Assembly (NCBI GenBank): GCA_965368975.1
Contig: CBDUPA010000014.1
Span: 1-64,000 of the forward strand
DNA length: 64,000 nucleotides
Direction: 5' to 3'
From: an uncultured bacterium
Lineage (GTDB): Bacteria > Acidobacteriota > Thermoanaerobaculia > Multivoradales > JAHZIX01
Part shown: positions 34,746-44,159 of the stretch, piece after piece
How the letters are laid out: each line of letters opens with the position of its first letter
Position numbering within the stretch: the first letter of the stretch is position 1
Program-made: the position numbers and the translations under genes
Notes under the pieces: model-generated
What the model was told of the DNA's origin: nothing
Database searches by the model: none
The model's input: only the letters and a program-made list of their open reading frames with translations

Positions 34746-36269
34746 TCACGGCAGCACGAGAGGTGTGTGAGGGCCGGGCAGGCGGCGCAGGAGCTGCTGC
34801 AAGCGCGGCCGGGAACGCAGGGTGTCGAAGCGTGGATCGACGGCCAACCATAGCGCCTCGGGAACGCGCGCGTCGACCGCTCGTTCGAGCAGCGTCAAGG
34901 CCTCGTCGGGCTGGCCCAGCTGCAGGTAGGCATAGGCCTGCGTCACCGGCTGTGGCGGTGCGTGGACGAGAAACCAACGCCAGACGGCCGGCCACCCCTC
35001 CTTGTTGTGCAGCCCGTCGAGCGCCGGCAGCGCGGGACCACCACCGGAGATGTCGACCACCAGGCGGAGAGCGCGGTAGGCGGCGTCCATCTCTCCCAAG
35101 CGCAGGCGCACCAGGAAGAGGACGTTGGCGCAGTCGAGACTCGGGGTCAGGCGCCAACCCTGCAAGGCCACCTCGATCGCCTCGCGTGGCCGGCGGGCGT
35201 GCGCCAGGGTCGAGGCGAGGTCACAGTAGCGCTGACTGGTGACCGGGTCTAGGTCAACCGCCACGCGTGCCGCCTGGTCTGCCTCACGCAGGCGGCCGCG
35301 GGCGGAAAGCAACCAGGCAAGGCGCTGGTGCGCGTCGGCGTTGCCGAGGTCGAGATCCAGGGCGTCGCGGTAGGCGTGTTCAGCGGCATCGAGATCCCAG
35401 TCGACGAGGAAGCGCAGCGTGCCCAGGGCGAGCTGACTCTCGGCGCGGAGCGGGTCCAGCCGCAACGCCTCTTCTACCGCCTGGCGCGCCTCGGTGCAAT
35501 CGAGCGGGCGACAAGGCGCGACCTGTGGCTGCTGGGCGCCGAGCAAGATCAAAGCCTCGGCCAACCAGGCGTGCGCCTCGGGCCATTCCGGTTCCAGCGC
35601 CAGGGCCCGGCGCAGATTCTCGACCGCCGTCTCGAGGGCCGGCCTGGAACGCTGGCGCACCAGGTAGCGTCCACGCAGGAAGGCATCAGTAGCCGAGGGT
35701 TGCCGAGGGTCGGCAGGAGCCCCACGCGTGGTCTCCGCCTGCCGGCTCAGCTCGGCGCGCAGGGTCAGCAGATCCCGCGTCCACACGGCGAGGACCGCGA
35801 CCAGCAGCAGCGCGCCGGCGATCCGCCATCGCGATCCACGCCACCAGCCGACGCGGGCGGTCGGCGTCAGAGAATCGGCTGGCACCTCTATGGGCACCTC
35901 TGGGTCGACGCCTTGTTCGACGCCTGGCTCAACGGGGGCCACCGGTGCCGCCCAGCGGTAGCCGCGCCGCGGAATGGTTTCGACGAAACGCGGCTGGCGC
36001 GGGTCGTCACCGAGGGCGCGTCGCAGGGCACTGACGGCGACGGTCAAGGCCTCTTCCCCGACCATCTGCCCATCCCACACCTCACGCAGCAACTCCTCGC
36101 GCGGTACCACCACACCGACCCGCTGCACCAGGTACACCAACACCGCCATCACCCGCGGCTCGAGGCGTGTCTCGCATTCGTCCGAGCACACCAGGTGACG
36201 CTGCGGTTCGATGGTCCATTCGTGGGCCCGGAAGACCCCGCTCTCTACATCCACGTGCGACAAGTCCAC
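34746..36269 (-). CDS. Membrane-anchored transcriptional regulator: OmpR/PhoB wHTH - TM - TPR (CadC/ToxR-like)
   Basis: LEPRVMAVL..L..R.G.VV.REELL..VW, LRRALGDD...PRFVETIPRRGYR; TM IAGALLLVAVLAVW; TPR repeats ending DPRFDTLR..PR. Start set at GTG 36269 (GAGGAG RBS). Confidence 0.88.
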   Translation of the reverse strand: MDLSHVDVESGVFRAHEWTIEPQRHLVCSDECETRLEPRVMAVLVYLVQRVGVVVPREELLREVWDGQMVGEEALTVAVSALRRALGDDPRQPRFVETIPRRGYRWAAPVAPVEPGVEQGVDPEVPIEVPADSLTPTARVGWWRGSRWRIAGALLLVAVLAVWTRDLLTLRAELSRQAETTRGAPADPRQPSATDAFLRGRYLVRQRSRPALETAVENLRRALALEPEWPEAHAWLAEALILLGAQQPQVAPCRPLDCTEARQAVEEALRLDPLRAESQLALGTLRFLVDWDLDAAEHAYRDALDLDLGNADAHQRLAWLLSARGRLREADQAARVAVDLDPVTSQRYCDLASTLAHARRPREAIEVALQGWRLTPSLDCANVLFLVRLRLGEMDAAYRALRLVVDISGGGPALPALDGLHNKEGWPAVWRWFLVHAPPQPVTQAYAYLQLGQPDEALTLLERAVDARVPEALWLAVDPRFDTLRSRPRLQQLLRRLPGPHTPLVLP

Positions 36270-36282
36270 CTCTCCTCTCGAA

Positions 36283-36347
36283 CCTTTCTCAGTCCTTGGC
36301 CTTTCTCGGTCCTTGGCCTTTCCTTGGCTACTCCTTACCAATTCTTC
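36283..36347. promoter_or_regulatory. Tandem TCCTT(G/A) boxes between regulator and peptide gene
   Basis: Boxes start at 36293, 36310, 36321, 36332 and (ttcttc) 36342: spacing 17, 11, 11, 10. Confidence 0.6.
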
Positions 36348-36447
36348 AGGCCCGTAGCGCCCTATCCAGATGATCCTGCGTCCAGCTCAACCGCCGCGCC
36401 CGTCGCGGCTGACGTTCCGCACTGGAACCAACAGAAAGGAAACCCTC

Positions 36448-36798
36448 ATGAAGCAAATCCCGCTTCTCTTGCTGACCCTCGCTCTGCTTCTCCCTCTGAC
36501 CTCCGCTACCGCAGAAGCAGCCATCGAACCGGCCACCGGCACGGCGATCGCCGTCTCCCCGGCAAGCACCGGTGCCACACTCGCCCTCGACCCCCTGTTC
36601 ACGCCGGCACAGCAGCCCAAGACCGCGGCCACGGCGCTGCAACTCGACTTCTCGTGCAACTACACGACGGTTCAGGAGTGCCTGGACTGTTGCCAGGACT
36701 GGGTACGCGCCTGCAAGGCCGCCTGCGGAACCAACTATTCCTGCCAGTTCCAGTGCATGAGCACCGGTCAGACCCTGAGCGCTCAGTGCTACTACTGA
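36448..36798 (+). CDS. Secreted prepro-peptide with 9-Cys C-terminal core
   Basis: AAGGA RBS, signal MKQIPLLLLTLALLLPLTSATAEA, Ala/Thr/Pro spacer, core C-x7-C-x2-CC-x6-C-x3-C-x5-C-x3-C-x10-C-YY. Confidence 0.8.
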   Translation: MKQIPLLLLTLALLLPLTSATAEAAIEPATGTAIAVSPASTGATLALDPLFTPAQQPKTAATALQLDFSCNYTTVQECLDCCQDWVRACKAACGTNYSCQFQCMSTGQTLSAQCYY

Positions 36799-36903
36799 GC
36801 TTCGCCTAGCGGGCCAAGGCTCGCTTTGGAAAGACGGACGAGTCGCGGGAAATTCCCAGGGCTCGTCCGTGCGTTCTGGGCTGGCTCATCTGAGCCGGCG
36901 GGC

Positions 36904-37206
36904 TCAGCCCCCCGCGCGCAGCTTGGAGATCTTCGACTCCAGCCGCTCTTCGATCCGCTTGCGCTCGCGCACGTACTCTTCTTCCAGCAAGCCAATGTCG
37001 TCCTGGCCCTTGGCCAGCTTCTGCTGGTGCAGGATCTCCAGATTCGCCAGCTCGGCTTCGGCCTTGGAGCGCAACTCGGCGATCTGTGCGCGAGCGTCGT
37101 CGGAGAGCGCGTCCTGGTTGGGCCGCTCGATGCCCGCCTGCTCCATGCGTTCGAGCGCGAGTTCGTAGGCGGACTTCATGCCGGTGGTTTTGTCTTTGCC
37201 GCTCAT
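36904..37206 (-). CDS. Small coiled-coil hypothetical protein
   Basis: MKSAYELALERM motif, charged helical composition, host-like codon usage. Confidence 0.75.
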   Translation of the reverse strand: MSGKDKTTGMKSAYELALERMEQAGIERPNQDALSDDARAQIAELRSKAEAELANLEILHQQKLAKGQDDIGLLEEEYVRERKRIEERLESKISKLRAGG

Positions 37207-37388
37207 GGGGGAAAGATATCAGGAAGCACCGGGCACCGGCGCTACCTGGACGGAGGCGCTCGCGAACCGCTTCCGGCCGGGAGGGCCCGGCAACCGTCCA
37301 GGCAAGACCCAGGTGAGAGATTGCGCTCGTTGATGGCAGTCCTCAGGTAGCCAACATGATCGAAGGTTCATCCAGAGGAGATACCCCC

Positions 37389-38744
37389 ATGAGTGACGAC
37401 GCCCGTATTCCCACTGCCGCCCTGCTGTTCGACAAGCTGCGCGAGTCCGAGGTCATCTCGGCGGACTGCTACGCCGAGGTGTGCCGCCACATCGACCCGC
37501 TCCTCGAACTCGCCCGCTCCATAGACAAGAGTGCCGAGTCGAACGACTGGGACAAGATCCGTGCCGAGTGGAGCTTTCCAAGTCAGCCCAAACCCGTCAT
37601 ACCGATCAACGCGGCGAACCTGTGCCCGAAGCCGACCAAGGTGACGCTGGCACTCAACCGCCTGCGTCTCGAGTACAACAACAACGTCTCGCAGCAGGAG
37701 CGCACCGGCCCCGGGGCCGCCCGCATCCAGGAAGCCCGCCTGGCGATCGCCCAGAATCTCGGCCTGCACATCAACCTGATCGACCCCCCGGACTGCCAGG
37801 ATCTGGCGATTGTGCGCAACACCAGTGAGGCCAACAACGCGATCAACAACGGTGTGCGCGACTGGGGTCCGGACGACAACGTCGTCATCTGGGATCAGAA
37901 CCACCCGACCAACAAGGGCGCCTGGTACCTGCGCGCACAGCGCTACCGCTTCCAGGTGCGCGAGGTCCACCTACCGACCACCGCGACCGCCCAGCAGATT
38001 ACCAACGCCTTCCTCGGCCAGATCAACCGCAACACGCGGTTCGTCACCTTCACCGAGACCTCCAACGGCAACGGCATGCGCATTCCCCGTAGCTCGATCC
38101 GGGACCTCTGGACCTACCTACAGAGGAGCCACCCCAACTGCCACCTACACATCGACGGTGCCATGACCTGGGGCTCCCAGCACGTCGACCTGCTGCAGGA
38201 CCTGCCGTGCCACAGCTTCTCCGCCAGCGCGCACAAGTGGTTCTGTGGCCCGAAGGAAACCGGCATTCTGTACATGAAACCCGAAGCCGCCGAGCGCCTG
38301 ATGCCCAACGTCTATGGCTACGACTACCGGATCGTGGATCCGCCGTGGGACGCGATCCCGCGCACTGCCCGTCGCTTCGAGCTGCTCGGCCAGCGCGACG
38401 ACGTCAACATCATCCACCTGCTCACTGAGCAGACCTTCCTCTCCTCCATCGGCGCCAGGGCGATCGAAGAGCGCGTCCGGTTCCTGGCCACCCACCTCAA
38501 ACGGGAGCTGCAGAAGAACGGCTGGAAGCTGGTCACCCCGGAGGAGGACTGGAAGAGTCACGGCATCGTCCGCTTCGAAGCACCGCAGGGCGACCGTCCG
38601 CAGTCGCTCTACAACTACCTCTACGACAACCACCGCATCGCAGGCTCCGGCGACAGCGAGACGTTTCGGCTGTGTCCGCACATCTACAACAACGTCGAGG
38701 ATCTGGACTTAGCGATCACGGGCATGAGCCGCTGGCGGGGGTGA
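37389..38744 (+). CDS. Class V PLP-dependent enzyme (isopenicillin-N-epimerase-like)
   Basis: RNTSEAN, HIDGA, SAHKWFCGPKETG (PLP Lys), RLCPHIYN. Confidence 0.85.
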   Translation: MSDDARIPTAALLFDKLRESEVISADCYAEVCRHIDPLLELARSIDKSAESNDWDKIRAEWSFPSQPKPVIPINAANLCPKPTKVTLALNRLRLEYNNNVSQQERTGPGAARIQEARLAIAQNLGLHINLIDPPDCQDLAIVRNTSEANNAINNGVRDWGPDDNVVIWDQNHPTNKGAWYLRAQRYRFQVREVHLPTTATAQQITNAFLGQINRNTRFVTFTETSNGNGMRIPRSSIRDLWTYLQRSHPNCHLHIDGAMTWGSQHVDLLQDLPCHSFSASAHKWFCGPKETGILYMKPEAAERLMPNVYGYDYRIVDPPWDAIPRTARRFELLGQRDDVNIIHLLTEQTFLSSIGARAIEERVRFLATHLKRELQKNGWKLVTPEEDWKSHGIVRFEAPQGDRPQSLYNYLYDNHRIAGSGDSETFRLCPHIYNNVEDLDLAITGMSRWRG

Positions 38745-38760
38745 CATGCTGAGCTCTCCC

Positions 38761-38816
38761 TGAGACGTCGAACGACGGAGCCTTTCCGACGAAACCCGGA
38801 AAGGCTCCTCGTCTCA
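38761..38816. terminator. Long hairpin between convergent genes
   Basis: ggagcctttccg...cggaaaggctcc with outer tgagacg/cgtctca arms. Confidence 0.6.
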
Positions 38817-38833
38817 GCCGAACGGTGCCCTGC

Positions 38834-39544
38834 CTACTCTGCTTGCAACTGCAAGCGCTCGATCGAGTAGTGCATGTGCGGCTGACCGTCGACCGCCATG
38901 TCGACGCGGTGCGGCAGGGTCCAGCCCTCGACCGCTCGGTACTCGGAGAAGGTCACTTCCGAAGTGACGGCTTCGTCGGCCGTTGCTTCCGGATCGACCG
39001 TCGGCTCCAGAGATGCGGAGTAGCGCACTGCGACGAGCTGGTAGCTCTCCAGGTCGATCTCCAGCTCACCCAGCAGCACATCGCCCCGCCGCGCTTCGAT
39101 CACACGCCGTTGCGAAGTGATTTGCGGCTGCAAGCCCAAATCGACACCGGGACACAGGATCAGGAACTCGAGCTGCCTACGGCACAAGTAGAGCTCTAAG
39201 TAGTCCCGCATCTCCTCGTCGAGCTCGGCGCGGCCGTTCGGGCCTTCGAGGAAAGCAGTTCCGGCGTGCCAGCTGCGACGGATGACCTGACCATCAATCT
39301 CACGCTCCTGGAACAGGCTCTGGCCTGGTTCGATAATCGTGCGATCGGCGATGGCATGGTCATCACCTCGGTATTGGTACAGAGCCTCGATCTCAATGCG
39401 TGCGGGAACCAGGTCCCGCCCCCCAGCCAAAGCGATCCGGGCCTCGTCGATCAGCCGCGAGGCTTCGGGATCAGAAGCCGCCACGGCGGCATTCGTGAAC
39501 AGGGGTACGAACAGGAACAGGACGGCAAGAATCCAAGACATCAC
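38834..39544 (-). CDS. Secreted hypothetical protein (possibly LolA-like fold), paralog 1
   Basis: Signal peptide; FSEYRAVEGWTLPHR motif; clearly similar to 39767-40525. Confidence 0.75.
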   Translation of the reverse strand: MMSWILAVLFLFVPLFTNAAVAASDPEASRLIDEARIALAGGRDLVPARIEIEALYQYRGDDHAIADRTIIEPGQSLFQEREIDGQVIRRSWHAGTAFLEGPNGRAELDEEMRDYLELYLCRRQLEFLILCPGVDLGLQPQITSQRRVIEARRGDVLLGELEIDLESYQLVAVRYSASLEPTVDPEATADEAVTSEVTFSEYRAVEGWTLPHRVDMAVDGQPHMHYSIERLQLQAE

Positions 39545-39766
39545 ACTACCTCCGAAATCAGATGGGAATCATCGGACCCCAATAACAAGGAATCTCGACA
39601 CCATAACAGTCAGGAAGTGTTTGTCAAGATTCTGTATGCGTGAACATATTTCCCGCAATCTCGGATGTTCGAGAGGTCTTCCCCCAAGCAGCAATGGATA
39701 TCAGGAGAGTCGATATGGCTCTGCATCTATCTCCTCCACATACCCCTGGCCTCGAGAGGGATTGCC

Positions 39767-40525
39767 TCACTCTGTTCGCAGCTGATAGCGCTCAACCGAA
39801 TAGGACGAAAGCACCCTTCCGTCAATCACCGTCTCGGCCCGATGCGGCAGGGTTCAGCCATCGACCATTCGGAAGTCCGAGAAGGTGACCTTGGCTACGG
39901 TATCCATAATCGAGGTATCCGTGGCCGAGGTATCCGTGGGCGAGGCATCCGTGGGCGAGGCATCCGTGGCTGCCGCCGCGGCAGGCCGCTCAAGCGTAGC
40001 GTCCAGAGGTAGCTGCAAGGCCGCCAGTCGACGCGTCTCCAGGTCGATCTCGAGCACGCCGAGCAGAACCTCACCGCGCCGCACCTCGATCATCCTTCGA
40101 GAACTCGTACTCTCCCGCAACACCGATGCTTCTGCACCCGGGTACAGAATCAGGAACTCCAGCTGGCGACGACACAGATAGGTCTCGGGTTCAACGCGCA
40201 TGTCCGGGTCGAGATCGACACGCCCCGCCGGGCTCTCCAGGTAACCACCATCAACGCTCCAGGAGCGACGGATCGGCTCACCTTCGATCTGCCGCTCTTG
40301 GAACAAGCTCTGTCCCGGTTCGATGACGGTGAGGTCCGAGATCGCCTGATTCTCGTCCTCGTAGCGATACACCGCGTTGATCTCAATTCGCCTTGGCACC
40401 ACATCTCGACCACCAGCGGCAGCGATACGCGCTTCTTCGATCAGGCGTAGCGCTTCGGTGTCGGCCAGACCACAGTGCGGAGCTACGGTTGTCAAGAGCA
40501 GGAACAGGATGAAAGTACGTTGCAT
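39767..40525 (-). pseudogene. Secreted hypothetical protein, paralog 2, with premature TGA at a conserved Trp
   Basis: FSDFRMVDG*TLPHRAETVIDGRVLSSYSVERYQLRTE* aligns with paralog FSEYRAVEGWTLPHRVDMAVDG..YSIERLQLQAE*. Confidence 0.8.
39912..39971. repeat. 15-bp tandem repeat x4 (TDASP/TDTSA)
   Basis: gaggtatccgtggcc / gaggtatccgtgggc / gaggcatccgtgggc / gaggcatccgtggct. Confidence 0.9.
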
Positions 40526-40760
40526 GAGAACACCCTCGAGTCAAGGAATGAAAGGATCGCACCCACATTGGGTAATTCGACATGACACCCCACTTATCAC
40601 CGCCAATCAAGACCTTCTAAATAAACAAGGAATGTATACTCCTGAACCGCCTGTAACCTGACATTTCGCACATCGGAATTTGAACATTGCCCACAGCTCG
40701 TGCTTCACAAGAGCCACCTCGATCACCGCTGGGGAAACGGGAAGTTCCCAGCGGCCAGAC

Positions 40761-40802
40761 TTGACTTCGAATCCGCGCCGAACCAAGATACATAACCGGT
40801 TA
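40761..40802 (+). promoter_or_regulatory. Promoter plus palindromic MarR-type operator
   Basis: TTGACT-17-CAAGAT followed by palindrome taaccggtta (40793-40802). Confidence 0.55.
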
Positions 40803-40834
40803 AGCTAAAGACCGAAACCGGCAATAGGCCAAGA

Positions 40835-41341
40835 ATGAACCACGACTTCCTCCAAGATCTCGAATTCCTCGGCGTCACGGCTCGCATCAAGCGCCTCAGC
40901 GACGCGCTGGGCACTAGCATCCGGGATTTCTACCGGGCCAACGACGTCGATCTCGAACCCAGCTGGCACCTGGTTCTGCTGCTGCTCCAGGACCGCACCG
41001 CCACCTTGACCGAGATCGCCAGGAGTCTTCACCTGTCGCAGCCGGCGATGACCAAGCTGATCGGCCGGATGACCGCCAAGGGCTACCTCGAAGTGCAGCC
41101 GGATGCCACTGACAGTCGAAAGAAGAACATCTGCCTGTCCGACCAGGCTCGGCAGCGGCTGCCCGCCTTCGAACGACTCTGGAGCGCGGGACAGGCGGCG
41201 ATCCGGGAGATTCTGGAAGCAGACACGGCCTTCCTCGACGGCCTTGCTGCACTCGAAACCCAGCTGGTAGACAAGGACTTCGCGGAACGGGCGCTGGCAC
41301 AACTCGACCAAGGCCAAGACACACACGGAGATACGGCATGA
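40835..41341 (+). CDS. MarR family regulator
   Basis: TLTEIARSLHLSQPAMTKLI..M..KGYL...D..DSRKK. Confidence 0.88.
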   Translation: MNHDFLQDLEFLGVTARIKRLSDALGTSIRDFYRANDVDLEPSWHLVLLLLQDRTATLTEIARSLHLSQPAMTKLIGRMTAKGYLEVQPDATDSRKKNICLSDQARQRLPAFERLWSAGQAAIREILEADTAFLDGLAALETQLVDKDFAERALAQLDQGQDTHGDTA

Positions 41342-42312
41342 TTCGGATCGGCAACACACCTCTGGTGAAGCTGCAGCATCTGCCATCCAAGGACAGCGCG
41401 GACGTCTACGTGAAGTTCGAGGGCGCCAACCCGACGGGCAGCATGAAGGACCGCATGGCGCTGTCGATGATCGAGGGTGCAGAGCGGAGGGGCGAGTTGA
41501 AGCCCGGCGGCCGGGTGGTCGAGTATACGGGTGGTAGTACCGGCAGCTCACTGGCGATGGTCTGTGCCAGCCGCGGCTACCAGGCTCATTTTGTGTCTTC
41601 CGATGGCTTCTCCGCGGAGAAGCTGCAGACCATGCGGGCGTTCGGAGCGACGGTCGAGATCATCCACGCCGAGAACGGGATCCTCACCGCCGACGTGATC
41701 GACCGCATGATCGCCCGGGCCCGAGAGTTGATTGGCGAACCCGGTACCTTCTGGCCGGACCAGGTCAACAACCCGGACAACAAGCTCGGCTACCACGGCA
41801 TGGCGCGCGAGATCCTCGACCAACTGGGTGGCAATATCGACGAGTTCGTCATGGCGGTCGGCGGCGGGGGCTGCATCTCCGGTAACGCGGAGATTCTCAA
41901 ACAGGAGGCGCCGGCGGTCCGCGTCGTGGCGGTGGAGCCAGATCAGGTGCGCAACATTTCCGGCGCCGATACCAGCGGCCAGCACCGTCTCGAGGGGATC
42001 GGTCTAGGCTTCGTACCAAAGATCCTGCGACGCGACCTGATCGATCACGTGGTGCCGGTGAAGGACGCGGACGCCTATCGCACCGCCAATGAACTGGCGC
42101 GCCGGGAAGGAATCCTCGGCGGCATTACCTCGGGGGCGAATGTCTGGACGGCGCTACAGCGGGCACGGCAGCTCGGACCGGGCACGACGGTGGTCACTGT
42201 GATCATCGATTCGGGCCTGCGCTACCTGCACGGTGACCTGTACCAGCACCCGGTGGAAGCGAGTAGCGCAGCGCGTCAAGCTGAGGCCACGCCGCCTGGC
42301 GACGAGCCCTGA
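41338..42312 (+). CDS. PLP-dependent cysteine synthase family protein
   Basis: IGNTPLV, KFEGANPTGSMKDR, VGGGG, LEGIG, LARREGI..G.TSGAN; ATGA overlap with marR. Confidence 0.9.
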   Translation: MIRIGNTPLVKLQHLPSKDSADVYVKFEGANPTGSMKDRMALSMIEGAERRGELKPGGRVVEYTGGSTGSSLAMVCASRGYQAHFVSSDGFSAEKLQTMRAFGATVEIIHAENGILTADVIDRMIARARELIGEPGTFWPDQVNNPDNKLGYHGMAREILDQLGGNIDEFVMAVGGGGCISGNAEILKQEAPAVRVVAVEPDQVRNISGADTSGQHRLEGIGLGFVPKILRRDLIDHVVPVKDADAYRTANELARREGILGGITSGANVWTALQRARQLGPGTTVVTVIIDSGLRYLHGDLYQHPVEASSAARQAEATPPGDEP

Positions 42313-43607
42313 GCTGCAAGCTCTTCCTGGAGCGCGCGCTTGCGCACCGGGTTGTGCTCGAGATCACACTCGGGCATGACGGGGTGGGAACGAGCAAAGA
42401 GGCGGGTCAAGGGCGAGGCGGTCAGGCCGTGGAGAAGAACGCTGAGCAGAACGGTCAGCAGGACCACCTGGACGATCTGCTCGCTGTGGGGCACGTAGAG
42501 TTCTTCGAGCAACAGGATGGCGAACAGGATCGACGCCAGGCCGCGCGGTCCGAACCAGCCGACGTAGAGGCGGGTCGAGGTGTCGAACCCCGAGCCCAGT
42601 AGCGCAACAGCCACTGGCAGCATGCGCAGCACGGTCAGACTTGCGATGGCGTAGATCCAGGCGGACAAAGGAGCATCGGCCAGCGTCGGCCAAGCGATCG
42701 TCAAGCCGACGAGGAAGAAGGTCACCAGCATCAAGAGCTGCCCTTCCGCCTCGGCGAAATCCCACAGGCACTCGCAGACTTGCTGCGAGGAGTTGCCCAG
42801 TACGAGCCCTGCCACGAAGGTCGCGATGAAGCCGTTGCCACCGACCGCAATGGCTGCCGTGTAGGCGATCAGGGCAATCGCCAAGCCGGCGATCTCCTGA
42901 TAGGCATGACTCATCGCCTGGAGCTGAATCGCCCGCCCCATCGCCCACGCTGCCACAGCACCAATGACGAGGCCGACCAAGGGGCCCAGCAGAACCTGCT
43001 TGGCGGCAAAGGTAGCGCAGTGGTCCAAGGTCAGCATTTCGCCTTCGACCATCTGCCCAACGCCAGCGAGGGAAGCGAAGATCACGACCATCGGTACGGC
43101 GATGCCGTCGTTGAGACCGCTCTCGGCGCTCAGACCTTGACGAATCTGCAACGGCACCTCTTCACTGGTCACCACCGCCTGGCCGAGCGCCGCGTCGGTG
43201 GGAGCCAAGACAGCACCGATCAAGGCGAGCTCCCAAGGTCCAAGACCCGGAATCAGCGGCGCGGCTGCAGCCGCGCCGAGCGCAACCGTCAACGGCATGC
43301 CGATCGCCAGCAAGCGCACCGGCAGGCCGGCACCCCGCACGAGTGAACGGACGTTGATCTGCGCCGCGTCGGTGAACAACACCACCACCAGGGTGAGCTC
43401 GCCCAGCAAGTGGATCACCGATTCCAGGTGCTCGGCACCCTGGAACGGCGAGGGGATGCCCAGGAGGTCCAGGGCCGGCGCAGCCAGCAGCATGCCAAAA
43501 CCAACGAAAGCCAAAGGCGGCGTGATCACCCCCCGGCCGAGGCGGCGCGACAGGAGCCCGAAACCGAATACCAGGATGGCGAGAACAAGAATGGCGGAGT
43601 CGTACAT
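42276..43607 (-). CDS. CPA1/NhaP-type cation:proton antiporter
   Basis: LAPTDAALG, ESGLNDG, GWFGPRGLAS; many TM helices. Confidence 0.9.
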   Translation of the reverse strand: MYDSAILVLAILVFGFGLLSRRLGRGVITPPLAFVGFGMLLAAPALDLLGIPSPFQGAEHLESVIHLLGELTLVVVLFTDAAQINVRSLVRGAGLPVRLLAIGMPLTVALGAAAAAPLIPGLGPWELALIGAVLAPTDAALGQAVVTSEEVPLQIRQGLSAESGLNDGIAVPMVVIFASLAGVGQMVEGEMLTLDHCATFAAKQVLLGPLVGLVIGAVAAWAMGRAIQLQAMSHAYQEIAGLAIALIAYTAAIAVGGNGFIATFVAGLVLGNSSQQVCECLWDFAEAEGQLLMLVTFFLVGLTIAWPTLADAPLSAWIYAIASLTVLRMLPVAVALLGSGFDTSTRLYVGWFGPRGLASILFAILLLEELYVPHSEQIVQVVLLTVLLSVLLHGLTASPLTRLFARSHPVMPECDLEHNPVRKRALQEELAAQGSSPGGVASA

Positions 43608-43673
43608 GCAGTCTCACTTTCGGTGCCGCGGTGCAGGAAATCCTCAGATACCAAGTCCGTCGATCTGGCGCGG

Positions 43674-43730
43674 CCAGATATCAGGGCCGGCCAGATATCA
43701 AGGCGACCAGGTATCAAGGCGACCAGGCAT
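43674..43730. repeat. 16-17-bp degenerate tandem repeat x3.5, intergenic
   Basis: ccagatatcagggccgg / ccagatatcaaggcga / ccaggtatcaaggcga / ccaggcat. Confidence 0.8.
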
Positions 43731-43868
43731 GACGGGTGGTCGTAGATCGAGTTCTCTGTACTGTACGACTACTACCCATCTTCGGATCGATCGACCAGCG
43801 GCTGCCTTCCGACCCCACACCCACTTCTCGCTCGCCTAAGACCAACCTCCTCTGCATCAGGGCTCTAC

Positions 43869-43903
43869 TTGACGCCCGAAGAACGTATATATAATGTACA
43901 TAC
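43869..43903 (+). promoter_or_regulatory. Promoter/operator of AbrB-Doc module, probably (near-)leaderless
   Basis: TTGACG (43869), TATAAT (43890), palindrome atgtacat; ATG only 8 nt after -10 and no RBS. The -35/-10 spacing of 15 is suboptimal. Confidence 0.5.
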
Positions 43904-44149
43904 ATGGAAAGGAAACTTGTTCAGGCTGGCGGCTCGCTGGCCGTGACCCTACCCGCAGAGGTCGTCAACGCGTTCGGCCTCGAAAAGGGAATGTCGGTCG
44001 ACGTGACGGTGCACCCCAAGACAGGAGCCGTCACCATACGCCCCGGCGTTCGCTTCGCGGAGGATGGCAAGGTCACCGAGCGCTTCGACCGTGCCATTGA
44101 CGACCTACTCGACCGCCGTTCCGAGCTCTACCGCCGACTGGCCAAGTAA
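43904..44149 (+). CDS. AbrB/MazE-fold antitoxin
   Basis: RKLVQAGGSLAVTLP..V...GLEKG...RSELYRRLAK. Confidence 0.85.
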   Translation: MERKLVQAGGSLAVTLPAEVVNAFGLEKGMSVDVTVHPKTGAVTIRPGVRFAEDGKVTERFDRAIDDLLDRRSELYRRLAK

Positions 44150-44159
44150 GGGACCTCGG

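Noticed and set aside
34538-35242. 234-aa plus-strand ORF
   Set aside because: Mostly overlaps the regulator antisense; the 5' part may be a gene remnant but has no assignable homology.
24000-36000. DGR reverse transcriptase, avd or template repeat near the VR-like gene
   Set aside because: No RT motif-bearing ORF and no AAC-rich second copy of the VR found on either strand.
37389-38744. Cysteine desulfurase / selenocysteine lyase linked to the selenoprotein
   Set aside because: Lacks SufS RxGHHCA and IscS SSGSAC catalytic-Cys motifs.
39854-39856. In-frame TGA as possible selenocysteine
   Set aside because: Aligns to Trp, not Cys, in the paralog; a simple nonsense mutation is more likely. 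TGA ends many genes here, so no code reassignment.
43674-43730. Short repeats (also 36283 and 39912) as CRISPR arrays
   Set aside because: Contiguous units without unique spacers; no cas genes.
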